NCBI GenBank assembly: GCA_025360605.1
Contig: JANYBV010000031.1
Location: 3,063-67,062 of the forward strand
DNA length: 64,000 nt
Direction: 5' to 3'
Source of the DNA: Alphaproteobacteria bacterium
GTDB lineage: Bacteria; Pseudomonadota; Alphaproteobacteria; Rickettsiales; SXRF01
In this document: positions 9,153-18,385 of the stretch, in pieces
Numbering within the stretch: the first letter of the stretch is position 1
Layout of the letters: each line of letters starts with the position of its first letter
Position numbers and translations under genes: made by a program
The notes under the pieces: generated by a model
Database searches by the model: none
Seen by the model: only the letters and a program-made list of their open reading frames with translations
What the model was told of the DNA's origin: nothing

Positions 9153-10634
9153 ATGGGAAACCCGCATCAGTCAACGATAAGCCGCATTTTTAACCAGTTG
9201 AGTATTTCCGTTCCCACGGGATCGGGCGGGCTGGTCGTTACGGCTCCTTCCGACGGAGTTCATCTGGTGGAATGGCCGTGCGACACAACGGCTAGCGTCG
9301 CCGATAAAGTGCAACGGGTGAAGGCTGCACAAATCTTGTGGGCTGTGCAACCACGCAGCCAGCGGATAGTGAGGATGGAAGCGCTTTCTGCCCATATACG
9401 CCAATACCGTGAACAGCTGGCGGAATGTATCCAACTCGAAGGCGGAAAAACGCCTAAAGAAGCGGGCGGGGAGGTCGATTCCTCGGCGGATGTGCTGCTG
9501 AAAACCATCAAGAACACTACCTTAGCGGAATTGCCGCCTATGCTGCGCTGCAAAGAGCGCCCCCCTGTGGGGGTGGTCGGGCTGATCACGTCATTTAATT
9601 TTCCGCTGGTGGTGGCCAACTGGACAGTGGCTCCGGCACTGCTGGCCGCCAACGGCGTGGTGTGGAAACCATCAGAAAAAACACCGTTAACTGCCATTAT
9701 ATATAAGGCCATTTTTGATAAGGCCTTTGGGGAATATAAAGATTTGTTGCAGGTGCTTATCGGCGGACGCGAGGTGGGAGCGCATCTGGTGTCTAGCGAA
9801 GCGGTGGATATGGTCAGCGCCACCGGCAGTGTGGCGATGGGCGAAGGAATTAAAGCCTTGCTGTTGAAAAAGAAAAACAATGCCATTCAGCCTATTCTGG
9901 AGCTGGGCGGCAATAACGGCATCATTATGTCACACAAGCTGTCGAAGGAACATCTCGAATGGGCCTTATCGGCGCTGCTAAATTCGTTTTTAGGTACGAC
10001 CGGCCAGCGTTGCACCAACACGCGCAGGCTGATTGTTCATACCTCGATCTACGATCAGGTGGTGACCTTTTTAACCCAGAAAATCAGCCAGTTTAACTGG
10101 GACGAGTTTGGCTATAACGCCCTGATTAACGCGGATGCGTTTAAACGCTTTGAAGCAGCCAAGCAGCAGGCGGTGAATGAGGGCGGAAGCATTGTCATGG
10201 GCAAGCGCCTGAAAGCCGATGAATTCCCTGATGCCTATTATATTGAACCGGCGCTGGCGCTAATGCCTAAACATTCGGCGGTGATGGACGAAGAAACTTT
10301 CGCACCGCTGCTGTTTATTACTCCTTATAAAGGTGACATTACCGAAGCGATCACACTGGTAAACCAGCCCGCCAACGCGGGGTTGGTGAATGGCATTTAC
10401 ACGCAGAGCCAGCAAGAAGTAGATTTTTTTGCCGCGCATAATCAGGCGGGGCACAGCGTCATCAATTCCCCCAAAGGTACGGGAACACCGGCATTTGACA
10501 TGGGATTTGGCGGCAATAAAGCATCCGGCGAAGGAGAAATCCTGAATGCTGTGGATCCGCTGGCGGCGTTTACGCGCCACACCCATTACTCGCGCATTGC
10601 CCAGAATAAAGACATCGTGATGAATCAGGACTAG
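9153..10634 (+). CDS. NAD(P)-dependent aldehyde dehydrogenase (ALDH7/AstD-like)
   Basis: Catalytic Glu 'ELGGNNG' and Cys 'GQRCTNTRR'. Length 493 aa. Adjacent to AST-pathway genes. Confidence 0.9.
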   Translation: MGNPHQSTISRIFNQLSISVPTGSGGLVVTAPSDGVHLVEWPCDTTASVADKVQRVKAAQILWAVQPRSQRIVRMEALSAHIRQYREQLAECIQLEGGKTPKEAGGEVDSSADVLLKTIKNTTLAELPPMLRCKERPPVGVVGLITSFNFPLVVANWTVAPALLAANGVVWKPSEKTPLTAIIYKAIFDKAFGEYKDLLQVLIGGREVGAHLVSSEAVDMVSATGSVAMGEGIKALLLKKKNNAIQPILELGGNNGIIMSHKLSKEHLEWALSALLNSFLGTTGQRCTNTRRLIVHTSIYDQVVTFLTQKISQFNWDEFGYNALINADAFKRFEAAKQQAVNEGGSIVMGKRLKADEFPDAYYIEPALALMPKHSAVMDEETFAPLLFITPYKGDITEAITLVNQPANAGLVNGIYTQSQQEVDFFAAHNQAGHSVINSPKGTGTPAFDMGFGGNKASGEGEILNAVDPLAAFTRHTHYSRIAQNKDIVMNQD

Positions 10635-11968
10635 TTCTTCGCTGAAAAACTCAGTGTGAGGGGTGCCACATCGCACGGGTAGCAGAATTTGATAGCACTG
10701 ATATGGTCGGCATGCACCGGCCATGGGCCGACGCTCGGGTCCTTATCATAAAGCGCTGCCGACTTGCTGACGAAGATACCGGAAAACGCAAACGGTGCGG
10801 TAAATACGGTGCCGGAAGGAACCGCCACGGCGACCACCTGATCTTTCGCAATCGCTTCCATTTCGTCATACTGGTAGATGGCATATTCCATCGTACCGGC
10901 GGGTTTGCGCGTAAAATCAGCGACGCTCTGGATGGCGTAAATGTCTTCCGATTGCTTGACGACGACAAGTTCCGAACGTTCGGGTACCGAAGCAAGTGCG
11001 TGGCAGGATTTGGCCATGAATACCTGATCGTGGGCGCGTAATGTCGTGCCGTAATTCAGGTCGGCATAGGTGATGCGCGGGCGCACATGGTAGCCGTTGA
11101 ACTGCCCGTTTTCGCGTGTGAAGGTGGGTGCGATGGTGGTGAGGCCAAGCGTGTGCAGCCACGATAAGGTGAAGGATGCCGCATTGTAAGGGGCTTCCGG
11201 TGCTTCATGGCGGCCCGCTTCGATACCGACCTGCGACTGGATGTTGGGTAGCGGACTTACGATGGTCTTGAGGGTCTTGACCGTGACCGTGGCTGAGGCG
11301 TGCGCTGAAATGGCTTCGGCCAGTCCGGTGAGCAGGTTGCGGATCGGGGAGTCTTTCAGCTCGCTATCGTGTTTGTGATCGGTAATGCACAGCATGTTTC
11401 CACGAGCGGAATGAATATCGAGGATGCCTTCGATATGCTGGCAGATGGTATAGAGCTCCTGTGCGCGTCTGGTGTGGTGGTCATTCGGTTCACGCGTTAG
11501 AAAATCAACCGGAATACGGTTCATGTCGGGGTAGAGCGTCCCTTCGGGACTAAGGCCGCAGCGATAGGCATCACGCGTTTCCTGACGCGCATGCGGATTT
11601 TTTTCATACGCCTCGAAATACTGGCCTGCCGCCAGTGGATTACCTATGACCGCAACGATATCGCGCTCCAGTTTTCCCGCTTCGGACAACGCCATGGCCA
11701 GCAATATGCCCGCAAGGCCTGCCGGTTCATTGCCGTGCAACTGCGCGATGATGGCATAGGGTGCGCCTGCGTTTTTGCCCTTGATCAGGTGTGCGGCGGG
11801 GATGGTTTTACCGCCCAGCGTGACGCTCTGGGCGCAAATACTGTCACAGATCAGGCGTAATTCATGGGCGCCGAGAATGCGGGTAAAAAAAAGCGCATGG
11901 AATTGCGCATCATTTGCGAGTTCGCTAAAATCGTGATTGAATAGGTCGCGTAATAATTTCTGGTTCAT
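10631..11968 (-). CDS. succinylglutamate desuccinylase/aspartoacylase (AstE/AspA) family zinc hydrolase with C-terminal extension
   Basis: 'IAQLHGNEPAG' zinc-binding motif. Start trimmed to ATG 11968 (MNQKLLRDLF) because the track start 12115 overlaps astB by 140 nt. Confidence 0.8.
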   Translation of the reverse strand: MNQKLLRDLFNHDFSELANDAQFHALFFTRILGAHELRLICDSICAQSVTLGGKTIPAAHLIKGKNAGAPYAIIAQLHGNEPAGLAGILLAMALSEAGKLERDIVAVIGNPLAAGQYFEAYEKNPHARQETRDAYRCGLSPEGTLYPDMNRIPVDFLTREPNDHHTRRAQELYTICQHIEGILDIHSARGNMLCITDHKHDSELKDSPIRNLLTGLAEAISAHASATVTVKTLKTIVSPLPNIQSQVGIEAGRHEAPEAPYNAASFTLSWLHTLGLTTIAPTFTRENGQFNGYHVRPRITYADLNYGTTLRAHDQVFMAKSCHALASVPERSELVVVKQSEDIYAIQSVADFTRKPAGTMEYAIYQYDEMEAIAKDQVVAVAVPSGTVFTAPFAFSGIFVSKSAALYDKDPSVGPWPVHADHISAIKFCYPCDVAPLTLSFSAKN

Positions 11969-11974
11969 GGCCGT

Positions 11975-13327
11975 ATGTCCGATGATAGCATTACAGAAGT
12001 CGTCTTTGTAGGCCTTCCCGGCCCTACACACCATTACGGCGGTTTGTCGGCGGACAATAAAGCATCGACACTGAATCGTGGCTCCGTTTCTAACCCAAAG
12101 CTGGCTGCCTTGCAAGCGCTTGAGCTGGTGCGGCTCCTTAAATCTCTGGGTGTCGTGGCCGGCATTTTACCCCCGCAACTGCGCCCGCACATGCCATTGC
12201 TGCGCCAGCATTTCAGCGGCGAGGACGAGGCGGTGATCGCGCAGGCGGCGGTTTCGGCTCCGGCGCTGCTGGATAAGGCCAGTGCCGCGTCATCCATGTG
12301 GACGGCCAATGCCGCCACGGTCACGCCTTCTATCGACAGCAGCGACGGTAATATGCATATCACTGCCGCCAACCTGTTTACCAACCTGCACCGCCGCATT
12401 GAAGCGGAAGATACCTACCATATGCTTAAAAGTATTTTTGAGGATATCCCCGATACCGTCGTCCACCCGCCTTTGTCGGCGGTGATGGGGCTGCTGGACG
12501 AAGGGGCGGCCAACCATATGCGCCTATGTCCTTCGCATTCGCAGGCAGGGTTAAACCTATTCGTTTATGGTGCGACCGATATCACGAACGATAAAACGGC
12601 TGGAAGGCAGACGCTCTCGGCCTCACAGGCGATTGCGCGGCAGCATAAATTGTTTGACGGCGCGGCGGGTTTCATCCGCCAGAACCGCGAGGCGATTCAT
12701 AGCGGCGTATTCCATAATGATGTGATTGCCGTGAGCAACGAAAACCTACTTATGGTGCATGAACAGGCCTATGATCAGGGCATGCGTGATATTGAGCGGA
12801 TTGCTAAATCGTACCGCGAAACGCATCAGGGCAAAGAGTTATCCGTGGTTGTGATCAGTGAAGAAGAGTTGACCATGGAAGAAGCCGTGCAATGTTATTT
12901 ATTCAACAGCCAGATTGTTACCAAACCGGATGGCAGCATGGCGGTGATTGCGCCGATTGAGGTGAAGCTGTTGTTTGACGGCGAGGCGGCGGAGATGATG
13001 GAACATATACGTGCTGATAGCAGCAATCCTATCAGCGAGGTGCGTTATGTCGATCTGCGCCAGAGCATGCGTAACGGTGGTGGTCCTGCGTGTCTGCGGT
13101 TACGCGTGCCGATGAATACACCGCAGTTAGCAGCTCTCACGCAGCGCAAGCGGGTGATTGCGGACGAAGAGCTGATCACCGCACTTGAGCGCATCATCCA
13201 TGCCTATTATCCCGACGAGCTGATTCCGTCTGACCTCGGAAAACCCTCGCTATACCATGCCAGCCACCATGTGATGGAAGCCTTATCGGAAGTGATGCAG
13301 TTGCCGTTAGTGCGTTCAGGCGGCTGA
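11975..13327 (+). CDS. astB: N-succinylarginine dihydrolase
   Basis: 450 aa. The N-terminal 'FVGLPGPTHHYGGLSADNKAS' matches the AstB signature as I recall it. Confidence 0.9.
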   Translation: MSDDSITEVVFVGLPGPTHHYGGLSADNKASTLNRGSVSNPKLAALQALELVRLLKSLGVVAGILPPQLRPHMPLLRQHFSGEDEAVIAQAAVSAPALLDKASAASSMWTANAATVTPSIDSSDGNMHITAANLFTNLHRRIEAEDTYHMLKSIFEDIPDTVVHPPLSAVMGLLDEGAANHMRLCPSHSQAGLNLFVYGATDITNDKTAGRQTLSASQAIARQHKLFDGAAGFIRQNREAIHSGVFHNDVIAVSNENLLMVHEQAYDQGMRDIERIAKSYRETHQGKELSVVVISEEELTMEEAVQCYLFNSQIVTKPDGSMAVIAPIEVKLLFDGEAAEMMEHIRADSSNPISEVRYVDLRQSMRNGGGPACLRLRVPMNTPQLAALTQRKRVIADEELITALERIIHAYYPDELIPSDLGKPSLYHASHHVMEALSEVMQLPLVRSGG

Positions 13328-14098
13328 ATCCGGCTTTGCCGGAAAGCGGGAAAAGAGCGGGTCGGTGATGCGCACCGACAGGCACGACAACAGCCACAAT
13401 GGCAGGTATAAAGGCAGCGGAAACGCAATGCGGGCGCGGTTTTTCGCCAGCTTATCGGCAATAATGCGTGCGGCTTTTTCAGCACTCATAATAAACGGCA
13501 TCGGGAATGGATTCACTTTTGTCATCGGGGTGGTGATGTAGCCCGGGCAGATCACGCTAACCTTAACTCCTTTTGCACCTAGCCAGCCACGCAACGATTC
13601 GCCGTAATAACGCACGCAGGCTTTGCTGGCGCTATAGGCCGGACAGCTAGGCAGGGCGCGGATGCCCGCGAGCGAACTCACGATGGCAATCTGGCCGGAT
13701 TGCCGCGCAATCATAGCAGGAATCAAAGGCTGTACGGTGTTGATGACACCGTCAATATTGGTGGCGAAAATGCGCCGTACCTGCTGGTTGCTTTCGCCGT
13801 TTTGGCCGGTGCCGGCGGATATACCGGCGTTGGCGATGACCAGATCGAGAGGCGATAGTGCATCGGCTTCTTTCAGCCATGCCTCCATTGCTGCCGCATC
13901 GGTGACATCTCCCTTGCTGCCATGCACGGTGGCTCCGCGCGCTCTGCAATCGTTACATACGGCGTCTAATCGCGCCTGATGCCGTCCTTGCAAATGCAGG
14001 GTCACTCCTGCTTTGGCGTAGTGCAGGGCTAGCGCGAGACCTAGTCCGCTGCTGGCACCGGTAATCAGGATGGTTTTAGGGGATGACATAGCATGCAA
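13316..14098 (-). CDS. short-chain dehydrogenase/reductase (SDR)
   Basis: 'TGASSGLG' cofactor motif, 'NAG', and 'YSASK' catalytic Tyr/Lys. Confidence 0.9.
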   Translation of the reverse strand: MHAMSSPKTILITGASSGLGLALALHYAKAGVTLHLQGRHQARLDAVCNDCRARGATVHGSKGDVTDAAAMEAWLKEADALSPLDLVIANAGISAGTGQNGESNQQVRRIFATNIDGVINTVQPLIPAMIARQSGQIAIVSSLAGIRALPSCPAYSASKACVRYYGESLRGWLGAKGVKVSVICPGYITTPMTKVNPFPMPFIMSAEKAARIIADKLAKNRARIAFPLPLYLPLWLLSCLSVRITDPLFSRFPAKPDSAA

Positions 14099-14254
14099 TC
14101 AAAAAGTTAAAAAACAGTTAGAAAAAACGGTTTTAGGGCAAAATATAGTGGTATTTCAATGTAAAATATCCATTTACGCTATGGCTTCGCAAGCATAATA
14201 TAGAGATGTAGCAGAGAGTAGTGAAGAAGTAGAAAAAATAAAGCAGGATGTCTG

Positions 14255-14800
14255 ATGAAAGAAATTAAATCCGTATGCGTCTTTTGCGGCGCATCTAATA
14301 ATATTCCCCGTAAATTCCTTGATATTGGTGCTACCTTTGGAGAAATGCTCGCGCAACGCGGCATCAGGCTCGTATATGGCGGCGGCGACTGTGGTGTGAT
14401 GGGCGCGGTGGCGAATGGCACCATGGAACATGGCGGACAGGTGACAGGCGTATTCCCCGTCAGTTTACGCAATATCGAAAACGAACACCAGTCGCTCTCG
14501 GAAATCATTATCGTTGATACCATGCATGAGCGCAAAATGGGCATGTTCGAGCGTTCGGATGCGTTTATCGTATTTCCGGGTGGCTTCGGCACCATGGACG
14601 AGATGTTCGAGATTTTGACATGGAAACAGCTGCAATTGCATGAAAAGCCTGTAGTGATATTCAATTACCACGGCTACTGGGATCCGTTGATTGCCCTGAT
14701 GAAGAATATCATTGAAATCGGCTTCGCCAAACCGGTGAATGCGACCTATTACAAGGTTGTCACGGAACTGGATGAAATTATGGATGTACTGGGCGTTTAA
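14255..14800 (+). CDS. LOG family protein (cytokinin riboside 5'-monophosphate phosphoribohydrolase / TIGR00730)
   Basis: 'VYGGGDCGVMG' and 'PGGFGTMDE' motifs. 181 aa. Confidence 0.9.
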   Translation: MKEIKSVCVFCGASNNIPRKFLDIGATFGEMLAQRGIRLVYGGGDCGVMGAVANGTMEHGGQVTGVFPVSLRNIENEHQSLSEIIIVDTMHERKMGMFERSDAFIVFPGGFGTMDEMFEILTWKQLQLHEKPVVIFNYHGYWDPLIALMKNIIEIGFAKPVNATYYKVVTELDEIMDVLGV

Positions 14801-14819
14801 ACCCAGCCTTCTGCGCATA

Positions 14820-14856
14820 AAAAAACGGCCAGAGAAAAAATCTCTGGCCGTTTTTG
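14820..14856. terminator. bidirectional rho-independent terminator between LOG (+) and the His-rich protein gene (-)
   Basis: 10-bp perfect stem cggccagaga/tctctggccg (14826-14835 / 14841-14850) with loop aaaaa. Flanked by an A-run on the left and TTTTT on the right. Confidence 0.75.
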
Positions 14857-14878
14857 TTTCCTAGTTAAAGGAGGCTAA

Positions 14879-15199
14879 TTACTTAGCGCCTTTTTCTTCG
14901 GTTGCAGCTGCATCATGGTGCTTTTTGCCATGGTGCTTTTTGCCACCGTGGTGCTTTTTGCCACCATGATGTTTTTTGCCATGGTGCTTTTTGCCATGGT
15001 GCTTATCGGTGCCTTCTTTGCCCATATCACCAGCTTCAGCGCCTTTAGCACCCTTATCGTGGTGATCCAGTTTTACTTCTGAAGACGAAGCGGTTGAAGC
15101 GCCGGTACGGCCATTGCGGATATCGCTTGGGGTCTGTGCAAGTGCAGGAACTGCCAAGCTCAGGGTAGCGAATACTGCAACGAGAGAGAGTTTATTCAT
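14879..15199 (-). CDS. secreted histidine/lysine-rich repeat protein, (GKKHH)n
   Basis: Sec signal 'MNKLSLVAVFATLSLAVPALA|Q'. C-terminal 'HHGKKHHGKKHHGGKKHHGGKKHHGKKHH'. ATG 15199 is preceded by AAGGAAG; the track start 15214 is TTG. Confidence 0.75.
   Translation of the reverse strand: MNKLSLVAVFATLSLAVPALAQTPSDIRNGRTGASTASSSEVKLDHHDKGAKGAEAGDMGKEGTDKHHGKKHHGKKHHGGKKHHGGKKHHGKKHHDAAATEEKGAK
14911..15004 (-). repeat. in-frame tandem 15/18-nt repeats encoding GKKHH units
   Basis: Plus-strand 'catggtgctttttgc' units are repeated about six times with minor variants. Confidence 0.8.
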
Positions 15200-15404
15200 A
15201 GTTCTTCCTTTCAATAATATAATAATTTAATTCTTAATTCTTTTGCGGCCCAAATTCCGCTGCGAAGTTTACACTATGCCACTTACTATTACATCAGGAT
15301 TATAACAACATTAAATATTGGTCATGTTGTAATTTTCCCCTTGTATAGCCTATAAATAAATATTTGGTAAATAATCCGTTCGAAATATACACCAAATAGC
15401 TTAA

Positions 15405-15751
15405 AACCATAAAGATAGGATTATTTCAAGGGAAAATAACCGTTTACCGTATAGCTTCGTATCATAGTATAGATACCTGACCCATAAGCTATAATTGTGA
15501 TTCGAACAAGATGGCAGGATGCAGGTAAATAAAATAAATTCACGGTGTGTCTTTTGTATCGCATCTGGCATCGCCCGCCTACACACTCCCTATGGAGTAA
15601 ATCCTTTCAAAAGGCTTGAAAAGCGAGAGCTATGGCCACTTTTCAATAAATAGGCGGGCTTGTCGGGAGGAGCAGCCAATGGTGCTATGCAGCATAGCGG
15701 AACCACTCCATACCCATCTGGTCAGGCCCAAAACGGGTGGGTGATGATTAA
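15405..15751 (+). pseudogene. decayed partial duplicate of the LOG gene plus its upstream region
   Basis: 15431-15521 aligns with 14161-14250 (~75% identity, one or two indels). The frame from ATG 15519 reads 'INSRCVFCIASG' vs LOG 'IKSVCVFCGASN', and after an in-frame TAG (15651) 'GLSGGAANGAMQHSG' vs LOG 'GVMGAVANGTMEHGG'. Ends at the O-methyltransferase stop. Confidence 0.6.
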
Positions 15752-16401
15752 AACAGCTTAATCGCCACGGTCAGGCCTTCCTGTGTGGCGATCATGGTAG
15801 TGAAGTATTTCTGGGTGTCAGCGAGGCGCTCGTTGAAGCGGCGCATGTTGTGCCACGAAGTAGGCGAGATATTCTGCGGGGGAAGGTCCAGTCCCATCGT
15901 GCCGTGCAGCAGGGTATTATCGGCGACAATCAGGCCAAATGGGCGGATATTCGCCTCTGCCCAGTCCAGATAGTCATTATAGCTGATTTTATCAGCATCG
16001 ATGAAAATCATGTCGAACGGAGCCTCACCAGCCAGTTGCGGCAATACCGCATGGGCGTCGCCTTCCAGCATGGTGATGGAATCACGCACGTCCGACTGGT
16101 CGAAGAAATGCTTGGCCATGACGATGTGCTGCGGGTCTTTGTTGATGGTATAGATATGCCCGCCTTTCGGCAGGGCGCGCGCCATCCATAAAGTGGAATA
16201 ACCTGCCAGTGTGCCGATTTCAACGATCTTTTCCGCACGGTGCAGGGTGATCAGCATTTGCAGGAGCTTGCCTTCCTCCGCGCCGATATGCATAGGGATA
16301 TTCAGGCGCAGCAGGCTTTCATCAATGCTGGTCAGCAATGAATCTTGTGCCGCGTAGAGCTTGCGGATATAGTCGATACTCGGTGTCAGGTAACGTGCCA
16401 T
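15748..16401 (-). CDS. class I SAM-dependent O-methyltransferase (caffeoyl-CoA O-methyltransferase-like)
   Basis: 'VEIGTLAGYSTLWMA' motif I and 'FDMIFIDADK'. Start trimmed to ATG 16401 (MARYLTPS) to remove overlap with recJ. Confidence 0.85.
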   Translation of the reverse strand: MARYLTPSIDYIRKLYAAQDSLLTSIDESLLRLNIPMHIGAEEGKLLQMLITLHRAEKIVEIGTLAGYSTLWMARALPKGGHIYTINKDPQHIVMAKHFFDQSDVRDSITMLEGDAHAVLPQLAGEAPFDMIFIDADKISYNDYLDWAEANIRPFGLIVADNTLLHGTMGLDLPPQNISPTSWHNMRRFNERLADTQKYFTTMIATQEGLTVAIKLF

Positions 16402-16485
16402 GCAGGTATTTTTTATAATGCTGTTTTTATCGCAGGCACCGTTGTAGCATTTCATTTCGAATTGTAAAACAAACTCTTGGTTAAA

Positions 16486-18264
16486 ATGCTTCAAGCAATT
16501 GAAAATAATAATTATTCAGCCTTATCGGCAACGGGACGCGACTGGATTGTGCGTCAGGCCGATGATGGGTTGGTGGCCGCATTGTCGCGGGCGTGTGATA
16601 TCCCCGATATTTTGGCGCGTATCCTCGTTTCCAGAGGTATCGGAATGGATGAAGCACCCGTTTTTTTATCGCCGAGTTTAAAGGCGTTGATGCCCGACCC
16701 TTCCCATTTGCTGGATATGGACGTGGCCGCCGAGCGTATTGCCAGTGCGGTGTCCAGCGGTGAAACCATTGCGGTGTTTGGCGATTATGACGTGGACGGT
16801 GCGACATCTTCAGCGTTGCTGCTGCGTTACCTGCACGCGCTGGGCGGTAAAACACTGGTGCATATTCCCGACCGCATAACGGAAGGGTACGGCCCCAACA
16901 CGCCTGCGTTGCTGGGGTTGCAGCGTTCGGGGGCGACGCTCGTGATTACTGTGGATTGCGGGACGATGGCATTTGAACCATTGCAGGCTGCCCATGATGC
17001 GGGGCTGGATGTGATTGTGGTCGATCACCATATCGGTGAGGCGCGCCGCCCCAAGGCGTATGCCATCGTGAACCCCAACCGGCTGGACGAAACCTCGCCG
17101 CACGGGCAGATGGCGGCTGTGGGCGTGGCGTTTTTGCTCATTGTAGCGGTGAACCGTACCTTACGTGCCAGCGGGTATTTTAACCAAAAGCCAGAGCCGG
17201 ACTTGCGCCAGTGGCTCGATCTTGTCGCGCTGGGCACGGTGTGCGATGTGGTACCGCTGACAGGGGTCAACCGCGCCTTCGTGGCGCAGGGGCTGAAAAT
17301 CCTTGCCACACGGCAGAATACCGGATTACGCACGGTGCTGGATCTGGCGGCGGTAAGCGGCATTCCGGGGGTATATGCCTGCGGATTTGTCGTCGGGCCG
17401 CGTATCAATGCCGGTGGGCGTGTCGGAAAAGCGAATCTGGGGGTGCGGCTGCTTACCTGTGATGATGAAGCCGAAGCCTTGTCACTGGCGCGTGAACTGG
17501 AACAACACAACGCCGAGCGCAAGGCCATCGAGGCGATGGTGCTGGAAGAAGCGCAGGCACAGGCCGAGTCTATGCCTGACAGTGCGCCGTTGCTGGTGGT
17601 GGCGGGCAAGGGCTGGCATCCGGGGGTGATTGGTATTGTCGCAGGGCGGTTGAAAGAACGTTTCCACAAACCGGTGGCGGTGGTGGCGGTGAATGACGGA
17701 ATTGGCAAGGCTTCGGCGCGTTCGGTATCGGGTTTTGATTTTGGCGCGGCGGTGATTGCCGCCCATGCGACGGGCCATTTAATCGGTGGCGGCGGGCATG
17801 CGATGGCGGCGGGGTTTACCGTGGCCGAAGATAAAATCAGTGACCTTGCGGCGTTCCTGATGCAGCGCGCGGCGGGTGTCACATCCACCCGTTCGCTGAC
17901 GCTGGACGGGCTGATCAGCATCGCCGGAGCAACGCCCGAGCTGATTGAGCAGTTAGATCGGATCGGCCCGTTCGGTCAGGGCAATCCTTCCATCCGCGTA
18001 GCGGTGCAGCACGTGGTAAATTTGCGGCCGGAAATTGTCGGCGAGCATCATGTCAAAACCTTGTTGATCGACCGTCTGAGCAATGCGCGGCTGTCGGCGA
18101 TTGCCTTTCGTGTGGTGGGCACGCCGCTCGGTAATGTGTTGTTGTCCACGCGCGGTAAAACACTGGATGTGGCGGGGCAACTGCGGCTTCAGGAGTGGAA
18201 CGGCAAGCGCAGCGTCAGCTTGAGCATTGATGATGTCTGCGAGTCACCGAGGGACGCAGCCTAG
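16486..18264 (+). CDS. recJ: single-stranded-DNA-specific exonuclease RecJ
   Basis: DHH-family motifs 'VFGDYDVDGATS', 'VDCG' and 'VVDHH', plus a DHHA1-type 'GGGHAMAAG'. ATG 16486; the track start is TTG 16477. Confidence 0.95.
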   Translation: MLQAIENNNYSALSATGRDWIVRQADDGLVAALSRACDIPDILARILVSRGIGMDEAPVFLSPSLKALMPDPSHLLDMDVAAERIASAVSSGETIAVFGDYDVDGATSSALLLRYLHALGGKTLVHIPDRITEGYGPNTPALLGLQRSGATLVITVDCGTMAFEPLQAAHDAGLDVIVVDHHIGEARRPKAYAIVNPNRLDETSPHGQMAAVGVAFLLIVAVNRTLRASGYFNQKPEPDLRQWLDLVALGTVCDVVPLTGVNRAFVAQGLKILATRQNTGLRTVLDLAAVSGIPGVYACGFVVGPRINAGGRVGKANLGVRLLTCDDEAEALSLARELEQHNAERKAIEAMVLEEAQAQAESMPDSAPLLVVAGKGWHPGVIGIVAGRLKERFHKPVAVVAVNDGIGKASARSVSGFDFGAAVIAAHATGHLIGGGGHAMAAGFTVAEDKISDLAAFLMQRAAGVTSTRSLTLDGLISIAGATPELIEQLDRIGPFGQGNPSIRVAVQHVVNLRPEIVGEHHVKTLLIDRLSNARLSAIAFRVVGTPLGNVLLSTRGKTLDVAGQLRLQEWNGKRSVSLSIDDVCESPRDAA

Positions 18265-18385
18265 ACTTCTTCAGAGATTTTCCCCGACCGAGCAGTTTTG
18301 AGCATTTATTTCTTGAACAAGAAGTGCTAAGTAGGTTGGTTTGGGTTACAGGCATCACAATAACTACCAAATTTAAGGATAGATT

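Noticed and set aside
11969-12115. N-terminal extensions proposed by the ORF track: AstE-like to 12115, methyltransferase from 170, MidA to 25272, O-methyltransferase to 16494, CoxII to 61011, dut to 46422.
   Set aside because: The extensions overlap well-supported neighbouring genes and lack family-typical sequence. Downstream in-frame ATG/GTG codons give canonical N-termini or start-stop couplings.
15655-15745. SRP (4.5S) RNA-like motifs ('GGAGCAGCCAAUGG' and 'GGUCAGGCCC') in the large non-coding gap.
   Set aside because: The two motifs are in the wrong order and spacing for SRP helix 8, and the conserved 5' CAGG loop is missing next to the AGCA side. The stretch is better explained as part of the decayed LOG duplicate (codons equivalent to GVMGAVANGTMEHGG).
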